Source: a virus
DNA: 28,017 nucleotides
Reading direction: 5' to 3' (one strand)
Virus genome (UHGV): UHGV-0120697
The notes below the pieces were generated by a model. That model saw nothing but the letters and a program-made list of their open reading frames with translations, had not been told where the DNA came from and did no database searches. This document shows positions 7,074 through 13,856 of the stretch, in pieces. The position numbers and the translations under genes are program-made. Every line of letters starts with the position of its first letter. Position 1 is the first letter of the stretch.

Positions 7074-9896
7074 ATGACGGCAGAGTACATCAGGGACTGG
7101 CAACAACCGCGCCACGCAGTAGGACGTGAAGGAACGGAGATCCCCGCACCTGAATCCGCACTTTCCTCCTGGCTGGATGCCTACCGGGCAGAGAACGAAC
7201 GCCGCCAGGAAATGGCTGATGCGGCGTTCTCCGCCACACCGCTGGGCAACCTGATTAATAAAAGCCTGGACGCACAGGAAAAACAGGACAAAACCATCAC
7301 ACTGGCAGGAGACGCCAGAAAACGGGCACGCGGCGCGGTGGATGAAGCCATGGCCTCGCTGCGCCTGCTGCCGTCCTATCTGCGCGATCCGCTTATTCGC
7401 CACCTCTCCTTCCTGCGCAAAAAACAGGAAGCCGATCGCCGGAAAGGCAAAAAGAGCTGGCAGGCGGAACGCTATGCACGCGGAACCCTGCGCAAAATAT
7501 TCGAACGTCTGGATCGCACTGACAGACGCTGGCTGACACCGGGTTATCGCTCCCTTGCCGGACGCGAACGCCTGGACGATTTGCTTTACCTGCCGCAGCT
7601 CAACAAACACCAGATACAGACGCTGGCCACCATGACGGCGGCGATGTTCAGCAGCACCTTCGAAAAACTCTGCGATGGCTTTGGCGCGACTGATGGCGAA
7701 CTGACCATGGATGTAACGCTGAAGGCGTATCAGATGCTGGCCCGCATGGCGTTACACCTGCACGCCATGCCTCCACATTATGACGCACTGACAACAGACA
7801 AAGACCGGAGGAACGAACCGGACACGGAGCTGCTGCCGGGCGCAATCCTCCGCCTGACCTGTGCGGAATGGTGGAAACGCAAACTGTGGCTGTTACGTTG
7901 CGAGTGGAGAGAAGAACAACTCCGCGCCGCCTGTCTGGTTTCCAGAAAAACATCGCCCTATCTGAGCCAGGACGCGTTAAGCGAGTTTCGCGCACAGCGC
8001 GAGAAAACACGCGATTTCCTGAAAAGTTTCATGCTGGAAAATGAAGACGGGTTCACGATTGATCTCGAGACGGTGTATTACGCGGGAGTAAGTAACCCGG
8101 TTCACCGTAAGGCAGAAATGATGGCCACCATGAAGGGACTGGAACTTCTGGCCGAAGCCCGTAGCGACAGAGCGGTGTTTCTGACCGTCACCTGCCCGTC
8201 AAAATACCACGCAACAACGGAGAACGGTCATCCGAACCCCAAATGGAACGGGGCCACCATGCGCGACTCCAGCGATTACCTGGTTAACACGTTTTTTGCG
8301 GCAGTCCGCAAAAAACTGAACCGCGACGGCCTGCGCTGGTATGGCATCCGCACGGTGGAGCCTCACCATGACGGCACCGTGCACTGGCATATGATGGTCT
8401 TTGCTCATCCGGAAGAAATCGACAGCATCGTGGCCATCACCCGCGATATTGCCATTCAGGAAGATCGTCACGAACTGGGCGATGATATTACTCCGCGCTT
8501 TAAGGCGGAGTATGTCGACGGCTCAAAAGGCACACCAACCAGCTATATCGCGACCTACATCGGAAAAAACCTGGACAGCCGCGCCGTAGATGGCATCGAC
8601 CCGAAAACGGGCAAGCCACGCGTTGACCACGAAACCGGAAAATCAATGGCCGAGAGCGTGGAGCGCGCCATTGGCTGGGCGCGTCTTCATCGGGTCCGCC
8701 AGTTCCAGTTCTTTGGCATCCCCTCCCGTCAGGTATGGCGTGAACTCCGCCGCCTTGCCAGCCAGATGGCACGCAACCCGGAAGGCCCGCAACGGCTGAA
8801 GGATGATGCAATGGATGCGGTACTCGCTGCCGCTGATGCCGGGTGTTTTGCCTCCTACATTGAAAAACAGGGTGGCGTGCTTGTTCCACGCAAGGACTAC
8901 CTGATTCGCACCGCCTACGACCTCGCAGATGAGCTGAACGATTACGGCGAACAGAGCGTACAGATTTACGGGATCTGGTCACCACTCATCGGGGAATCCT
9001 CCCGTGTGTGCACGCATCCGGATAACTGGAAGTTGGTAAGACGTAAACCAGAACCAGAAGACAACGCCCGCGAAAATGGTTTTGACCTTCAGGGCGGCCA
9101 TGCCGCCCCTTGGACTCGTGGCAATAACTGTCCCCGTGTACAGGAAACGGACAACAACGGGACAGAACAGCCGGAAGAACGGCCAGCACCGTGGCCGCAG
9201 CTTCCTGACGGCGTTGACGTGAACGAATGGATGCGCTCACTGAAACGGCACGAACGCCGGGCGCTGATGCGTTCGCTTCGTGACAAACAGGCAAAAAACA
9301 GCAGTGATGAAATGCAGAGCTGGACACAGAGCCGCAAACAGCAGCGGCCTTTGCCTGATAACCACGAATTACTCGCTAAAGAATGGCGGGAATCTGCCGA
9401 ATCTCTCGGCCTGCATATCGGTGAACAGCAGATGCAGCACCTGTTACGGGGCGGCAGTCTGTACGTTGACGGCAGCATCATTGCACCGCAGGGATTTGAA
9501 ATTGTACGCAAACCGGATACCCGACCGGACAGCCGGATCACGCAGCTCTGGCAGCGCCTGAGCCGTAACCACGGCGTAAGCAGTACGGAGATCCGCCATA
9601 ACCCGGTCGCCAGCTATCTGGAACAGCTGAGGGCATCAGACCCCGAAGCCGCCGCACGCCTGGCATCCACACTTCAGCAAGACCAGAACACCATGAAAAC
9701 ACCCGTTACCGTGCTTTCTGACATGCTGCGCGCCATCCGCGACGCAGAGCACGCACAGAGAATCAGTGAAACCACTGAACGCGCCCGCCGCAAAGCAGAC
9801 CTGCTGCGGGGTGGCCTGACCAGTGGAAACAAAAAACAGACAGAAACGGGATTCACAAATCCCGTAAATGAGCAAAAAACGCGCCGCGATATATGA
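7074..9896 (+). CDS. A: Rolling-circle replication initiator, gpA family (HUH endonuclease)
   Basis: HUH motif (TVHWHMMVFAH) and paired active-site tyrosines (TSYIATYIGKN); position after the early operon as in P2. 940 aa, longer than P2 gpA (about 760 aa), with a C-terminal extension. Confidence 0.9.
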   Translation: MTAEYIRDWQQPRHAVGREGTEIPAPESALSSWLDAYRAENERRQEMADAAFSATPLGNLINKSLDAQEKQDKTITLAGDARKRARGAVDEAMASLRLLPSYLRDPLIRHLSFLRKKQEADRRKGKKSWQAERYARGTLRKIFERLDRTDRRWLTPGYRSLAGRERLDDLLYLPQLNKHQIQTLATMTAAMFSSTFEKLCDGFGATDGELTMDVTLKAYQMLARMALHLHAMPPHYDALTTDKDRRNEPDTELLPGAILRLTCAEWWKRKLWLLRCEWREEQLRAACLVSRKTSPYLSQDALSEFRAQREKTRDFLKSFMLENEDGFTIDLETVYYAGVSNPVHRKAEMMATMKGLELLAEARSDRAVFLTVTCPSKYHATTENGHPNPKWNGATMRDSSDYLVNTFFAAVRKKLNRDGLRWYGIRTVEPHHDGTVHWHMMVFAHPEEIDSIVAITRDIAIQEDRHELGDDITPRFKAEYVDGSKGTPTSYIATYIGKNLDSRAVDGIDPKTGKPRVDHETGKSMAESVERAIGWARLHRVRQFQFFGIPSRQVWRELRRLASQMARNPEGPQRLKDDAMDAVLAAADAGCFASYIEKQGGVLVPRKDYLIRTAYDLADELNDYGEQSVQIYGIWSPLIGESSRVCTHPDNWKLVRRKPEPEDNARENGFDLQGGHAAPWTRGNNCPRVQETDNNGTEQPEERPAPWPQLPDGVDVNEWMRSLKRHERRALMRSLRDKQAKNSSDEMQSWTQSRKQQRPLPDNHELLAKEWRESAESLGLHIGEQQMQHLLRGGSLYVDGSIIAPQGFEIVRKPDTRPDSRITQLWQRLSRNHGVSSTEIRHNPVASYLEQLRASDPEAAARLASTLQQDQNTMKTPVTVLSDMLRAIRDAEHAQRISETTERARRKADLLRGGLTSGNKKQTETGFTNPVNEQKTRRDI
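9846..9865. promoter_or_regulatory. 20-bp palindrome ACGGGATT-CACA-AATCCCGT (copy 1, inside the 3' end of A)
   Basis: Perfect 8-bp inverted arms; an identical-arm copy lies 73 bp downstream. Confidence 0.5.
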
Positions 9897-9918
9897 AGCG
9901 CGCATAAAACAGGCAAAA

Positions 9919-9938
9919 ACGGGATTTCAGAATCCCGT
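9919..9938. promoter_or_regulatory. 20-bp palindrome ACGGGATT-TCAG-AATCCCGT (copy 2, 35 bp upstream of the parM-like start)
   Basis: Same arms as copy 1; both copies preceded by AAAACAG and followed by AAA(T/C)GA; positioned as an operator or centromere-like site. Confidence 0.5.
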
Positions 9939-9972
9939 AAACGATTAATTAATCAACATAAGGAAAAGCGAC

Positions 9973-10932
9973 ATGAAAATTTGTATCGATGACGGCTCCA
10001 CCAACATCAAGCTGGCATGGACTGAGAACGGCGAACGCCGCAACGCCATCAGCCCGAACAGCTTCAAGTCGGAATGGTCTGCGCCGTTCGGTGGCACGCA
10101 GCCCGCGAACTACATGCTTGATGGCGTGCGCTATGGTTTTGATCCGGTCAGCGATCGCTTTGTCCAGACGACTGACACGCAATACCAGTACAGCGATGTG
10201 AATGTCATTGCCATTCATCACGCGCTGGTCAAATCAGGCATCACGCCACAGGAGGTGGATGTGGTTGTCACCCTGCCACTGAGCGAGTATTTCGACACAA
10301 ACGCACAGCCGGACATAGCCAACATCAACCGCAAAAAAGCGAACGTTATGCGCCCGGTGGAGTACCAGAACGGCGAAGCATTCACTATCCGTAACGTACG
10401 GGTTATGCCTGAATCCATTCCGGCTGGCTTTAAGGCACTGGCTGACATGAGTCCGTTTGAATCCCTGCTGATTGTGGATTTAGGCGGAACCACGCTGGAT
10501 GTGGCAAAGGTTCAGGGACAACTGGCAGGTATCAGCCAGGTGTTTTGCGATCCACACGTAGGCGTTTCCCTGATGGCCGATGCCGTACTGTCGGTGATGG
10601 CCACTAACGGTATGCGTACCAGTCACCACATCGCCAATACCATTATCGAACATCGCCATGATGAAGCCTGGCTGCGCCAGCACATCCACAATGACGCGCA
10701 TTACGCCAGCCTGATGGCGGTTATTCGTGAAAAGGAAGAAACACTGAAACAACGCGTGATCCGCGCGCTGGCGGGTTTTTCGGGTTACGGGCGGGTGATG
10801 GTTGTCGGTGGCGGGGCAGAGATTGTGGCACCCGCTATCCGCGAAGCCTGCGGAGTTAATGCGACTTTCATCGCGGACGGGGTGCCACAGTTTGCTCTGG
10901 TTAATGGGCTGTACGCAATGGGCAAGGAGTAA
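9973..10932 (+). CDS. parM: Actin-like segregation ATPase, ParM/StbA family
   Basis: Actin-fold motifs: phosphate-1 (IDDGSTNIKLAW), phosphate-2 (VDLGGTTLD), adenosine (VVGGGAEIVAP). N-terminus closely resembles plasmid R1 ParM as recalled from memory (not searched). Confidence 0.7.
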   Translation: MKICIDDGSTNIKLAWTENGERRNAISPNSFKSEWSAPFGGTQPANYMLDGVRYGFDPVSDRFVQTTDTQYQYSDVNVIAIHHALVKSGITPQEVDVVVTLPLSEYFDTNAQPDIANINRKKANVMRPVEYQNGEAFTIRNVRVMPESIPAGFKALADMSPFESLLIVDLGGTTLDVAKVQGQLAGISQVFCDPHVGVSLMADAVLSVMATNGMRTSHHIANTIIEHRHDEAWLRQHIHNDAHYASLMAVIREKEETLKQRVIRALAGFSGYGRVMVVGGGAEIVAPAIREACGVNATFIADGVPQFALVNGLYAMGKE

Positions 10933-10936
10933 ACCA

Positions 10937-11248
10937 ATGACGACACCAACCAGACGGATAAGTTTCTATCTGAAGCCCGCCGCCGTCAAGAACGAAGGCG
11001 AAGCATGCGCCTGGCTGGACAGCCTTACACCAGAAGCCCGCAAAAGTGGTCAACGCGTGGCTTTTCTGGCCGGGCTGGCACTACTGAAAATGAATCCGGC
11101 AGAGGCTTACCGACTGGCTGCATGGGCTGATGATGAGGCGTTATCAATGACACAAACCAGGACAGAACGCCCCGCGTCACAGCCAGTATCAGCCGCACAG
11201 ATAACCAGTCAGATGGCCGGAAATATCCGGGCGTTATTTCCCGAATAA
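10937..11248 (+). CDS. parR: ParR-like small DNA-binding adaptor (ribbon-helix-helix type)
   Basis: Directly downstream of the ParM-like gene with an AAGGAG RBS; N-terminal RRISFYLKP...LDSLTPEAR...AFLAGLALLKMNP and C-terminal NIRALFPE resemble R1 ParR as recalled from memory. Confidence 0.55.
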   Translation: MTTPTRRISFYLKPAAVKNEGEACAWLDSLTPEARKSGQRVAFLAGLALLKMNPAEAYRLAAWADDEALSMTQTRTERPASQPVSAAQITSQMAGNIRALFPE

Positions 11249-11253
11249 CACAA

Positions 11254-11277
11254 CATCAGGGCGCATCCGCCCTGATG
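11254..11277 (+). other. Perfect 10-bp-stem hairpin (CATCAGGGCG-CATC-CGCCCTGATG) between the parR-like gene and the next operon
   Basis: Read directly; no U-tract, so a processing, stability or protein-binding role is as likely as termination. Confidence 0.45.
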
Positions 11278-11311
11278 ACTTTAACCCGGGAGCATAAACA
11301 AGGGGGACACA

Positions 11312-11644
11312 ATGCAACACATTGACAGAGAAAAAGCGCAGCGACTGATTGAGCGGATGGAAGCGCTGGCGAAAGAAGAAAATGTCAACATCCAAAAAAT
11401 AGCTGAATGTGGCCAGATAGTTCTTCGTCGTGAAAAAGACCTCAAACAACTGATGTCTGGCGAAACCAGCAAAACATGGACTTCAGGCGAGAAGACGGTT
11501 TATTGCAGCTTCTGCAATAAATCCCAGTACGAAGTCACAAAGGTGATTGCCGGACCGTCTGTTTACATCTGCAATGAGTGCGTGGATTTGTGCAATGAAA
11601 TTATCAGGAAAGAAGTGACAGACAAAAAGGAAAAAAACGCATGA
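11312..11644 (+). CDS. Small protein with a ClpX-type C4 zinc-binding domain (host ClpX N-domain mimic)
   Basis: C-terminal [38 protein letters not shown] has the C-x2-C-x18-C-x2-C spacing and is near-identical to the E. coli ClpX N-terminal zinc-binding domain as recalled from memory. No AAA+ module follows. Confidence 0.6.
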   Translation: MQHIDREKAQRLIERMEALAKEENVNIQKIAECGQIVLRREKDLKQLMSGETSKTWTSGEKTVYCSFCNKSQYEVTKVIAGPSVYICNECVDLCNEIIRKEVTDKKEKNA

Positions 11645-11955
11645 ACAGAAAACAGAAACAAGAGTTGAAATACTTCTTACGTAAAGAAATTGCCAGGCTT
11701 GAAGATGCAGAGTCACAATCATCAGAAATTCCGTTCGGAATGGATATCAACGACGCCCGTATGCTCCAGGCATACCGCATAGCTCAGGCTGCACTACAGG
11801 CAAAACCGTCAGATGGACTGGTTAGAGCAGTACATTTCTATGAACAGGTAAAGCGTGAGAATCCGCCAGTCGAAACCGGAGCATGGAAAGACGCTGTTGA
11901 CTGGGTGCTCAAAGAGGCTTGCCAGTCTGTAAACATTGGCATCAAAGGAGAGTGA
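11641..11955 (+). CDS. Hypothetical protein (operon gene 2)
   Basis: ATGA-coupled to the upstream gene; ends ...IGIKGE with the stop inside a 17-bp repeat. Confidence 0.5.
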   Translation: MNRKQKQELKYFLRKEIARLEDAESQSSEIPFGMDINDARMLQAYRIAQAALQAKPSDGLVRAVHFYEQVKRENPPVETGAWKDAVDWVLKEACQSVNIGIKGE

Positions 11956-11957
11956 GA

Positions 11958-12449
11958 ATGCAAATTTCACCGGTTACTCTTCGTGTTGCGAAGGCGTTTA
12001 TATCCAGACATCACCGACACAATAAACCCCCGGTGGGGCATAAATTCAGCATTGGTCTGAGAAATGATGCCGGAGAATTGATAGGTGTGGCGACAGCCGG
12101 TAGACCTGTTGCACGACATTTGGACGATGGATTAACGCTTGAAGTAAATCGCACATGTACCACAGGAGAACGCAACGCTAACAGCGCGCTTTATGGTGCT
12201 GTCTGGCGGGCAGCAAAGGCTATGGGTTATCAACGTTGTATTACGTACACCCAGGCAGATGAATCAGGAGCATCTCTCCGCGCAGCTGGTTTTGTTCGTG
12301 TGAAAGAGCTTCCTCCAAGAAAAAGCTGGGCGGAATCAAGCGTCGCCCTGCGGAGTAAACGCGATCCGGTCGGAAACGGTGGTGTTCCTCGTGTGCTCTG
12401 GGAAATCAGGAGAATGAGTACCACTGGCATTCGCATCAAAGGAGAGTGA
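11958..12449 (+). CDS. Hypothetical protein (operon gene 3), basic/His-rich N-terminus; possible acyltransferase-like fold
   Basis: ATG 2 nt after the upstream stop; ends ...GIRIKGE with the stop inside the second copy of the 17-bp repeat. Fold assignment is a weak impression only. Confidence 0.45.
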   Translation: MQISPVTLRVAKAFISRHHRHNKPPVGHKFSIGLRNDAGELIGVATAGRPVARHLDDGLTLEVNRTCTTGERNANSALYGAVWRAAKAMGYQRCITYTQADESGASLRAAGFVRVKELPPRKSWAESSVALRSKRDPVGNGGVPRVLWEIRRMSTTGIRIKGE

Positions 12450-12450
12450 T

Positions 12451-12714
12451 ATGGCAACTTTGACAAAAAAAGAACAAGCATGGTTGAGCGAATTACAGGA
12501 CGTTCTTGATCGCTGTCCATCACCGAAAAAAATTGGTTTTTACACCATTGGCGATAAAAGCATTTACCTGTATGACCTGCGCCGCATGGATGAAATCATG
12601 GAGGCTCTTGATAATCGTTCGTCAATGGATTGGTGTGTTGCTGTCCATGATATGAATGCAGGGTTTGATGAAAAGATTTTGTTCCCCTCATCAGTTGAAA
12701 GCACAGCAGGATAA
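12451..12714 (+). CDS. Hypothetical small protein (operon gene 4)
   Basis: ATG 1 nt after the upstream stop; followed by a strong terminator. Confidence 0.5.
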   Translation: MATLTKKEQAWLSELQDVLDRCPSPKKIGFYTIGDKSIYLYDLRRMDEIMEALDNRSSMDWCVAVHDMNAGFDEKILFPSSVESTAG

Positions 12715-12750
12715 GGACCCAGCAAATATACACAACCTATAAAACACTAA

Positions 12751-12774
12751 AGCGCCTCAGGGGCGCTTTTTGTT
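12751..12774 (+). terminator. Rho-independent terminator (AGCGCC-TCAGG-GGCGCT + TTTTTGTT)
   Basis: GC-rich stem-loop with a U-tract 36 nt after the last operon stop. Confidence 0.65.
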
Positions 12775-12801
12775 TGCACAAAAGTGCACAAATTTGCACA
12801 A
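12775..12801. repeat. Three direct TGCACAA repeats at exact 10-bp phasing (12775, 12785, 12795)
   Basis: Read directly; helical-repeat spacing suggests a protein-binding array (iteron- or centromere-like, or a packaging-protein site). Confidence 0.55.
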
Positions 12802-13172
12802 TTTTTTTGAACGACTTTTTACCCTTCCGGCCCGCATGGCGGCTGGATCCGTCAAGGATCCGTGCGTGCACAAAAAAACGCGCTTTTTCTGCGCGCAGGT
12901 GACGGGGGAACAGCCCGCGTTTCAGGGGGTAAATAGCATTCCCTGAACGATGTCGCAGAGACACAACAGAATGGCCATATTTCTCACGCTGAGCATGAAA
13001 AAGGCGTGAGGGCTTTTGATTTGATGGGGTGAAAGGTAAGGCCGTCAAAATCGCACTGAGGCAGCGAGAACATACAGTCAACGCGGTGGAATTGCGTAAG
13101 AGTCTGACCGTCGATGGTGGCGATAAACTGGAAGGCGTCGTGAAATTATCTGATTGATACAGGAGCTGGAGA

Positions 13173-13201
13173 GCCGGGGCATAAATTTTTTATGCCCCGG
13201 C
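13173..13201. other. Near-perfect 29-bp palindrome GCCGGGGCATAAA-TTT-TTTATGCCCCGGC
   Basis: 13-bp perfect inverted arms read directly in the non-coding stretch between the accessory operon and the orphan gene; candidate protein-binding or cos-associated site. Confidence 0.4.
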
Positions 13202-13300
13202 GAAGCAGCAGACAAGCGAAGCGCGTCAGCGATACGGCACCTTGCCGACCATACTTCATAAGTGCAAAATACGAGCAAAGAAATCAATGGAGGCTGTCTT

Positions 13301-13825
13301 ATGGTCATTAATTACAAGCAGTTAAGAGAAAAACGGGAGCAGGTAAAGGAGAGCTTTCGCCGCAATGAAGATCTGACCCCGCTTGTACGCCTTGCCCAGG
13401 GCATTGTTGATGCTTATGAAATCTCGCTGGAGCTGCCATCACAGACCTGGACAGATAGCGACGGTAATCGCCAGCATTACGTTTCATGCGGACTGGAAGC
13501 AGCCGAAGGATTTCGCAGAATGCCTTTATCCCAGATCCCTGCCGCTACCCCCAAAGCACGGGGCAGCAATGATGAGCGAAAACTGACTTTTAGTATTGAA
13601 ACGGTGGTTGACGACACACCTGGCGAAGTCGCGTTCGTGCACACGCCTGTTTCGATCGCAATGTATAACGATGAAATACAGGTTCGCGTTAATAATAATA
13701 TCGTGCCACTTAAAGAAGGTAATTCACCCTACACCACCGTTTGTGAAGCCATTCAATATTACGTTCTCTCTGAAATTGATAATCTCAAGCCTGACGGCAC
13801 CCAGAAAATGGTTCAACTCTGGTAA
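13301..13825 (+). CDS. Hypothetical protein (orphan gene next to the portal gene)
   Basis: ATG at 13301 preceded by GGAGG (track start 13262 is a GTG); ends at a bidirectional terminator; no recognised domain. Confidence 0.5.
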   Translation: MVINYKQLREKREQVKESFRRNEDLTPLVRLAQGIVDAYEISLELPSQTWTDSDGNRQHYVSCGLEAAEGFRRMPLSQIPAATPKARGSNDERKLTFSIETVVDDTPGEVAFVHTPVSIAMYNDEIQVRVNNNIVPLKEGNSPYTTVCEAIQYYVLSEIDNLKPDGTQKMVQLW

Positions 13826-13831
13826 AAAGGA

Positions 13832-13856
13832 CAGCCCCATCACGGGGCTGTTTTTT
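13832..13856. terminator. Bidirectional intrinsic terminator (CAGCCCC-ATCAC-GGGGCTG) shared by the orphan gene (+) and portal gene Q (-)
   Basis: Stem-loop with T6 on the plus strand and a T-rich tract on the minus strand; the Q stop codon lies in the loop. Confidence 0.55.

Noticed and set aside
6537-7610. 357-aa ORF on the minus strand
   Set aside because: Antisense to the well-supported gpA start and the gene at 6702-7067; Cys/Arg/Ala-rich translation typical of a spurious ORF in GC-rich antisense sequence.
7648-9905. Several 60-160-aa ORFs on the minus strand within gene A (for example 8500-8985, 9089-9541, 9636-9905)
   Set aside because: All are antisense to gpA, which has clear catalytic motifs; their compositions are Arg/Cys/Ser-rich.
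13150-13162. Possible LexA/SOS box (CTGATTGATACAG)
   Set aside because: Spacing is CTG-N7-CAG rather than the CTG-N10-CAG of the LexA consensus, so an SOS-controlled promoter is not supported.
12737-13308. Minus-strand ORFs 12737-13081 and 13078-13308
   Set aside because: They span the terminator, repeat and palindrome region; the translations are basic and low-complexity and there is no RBS context. The region is more likely the cos/packaging and regulatory stretch.
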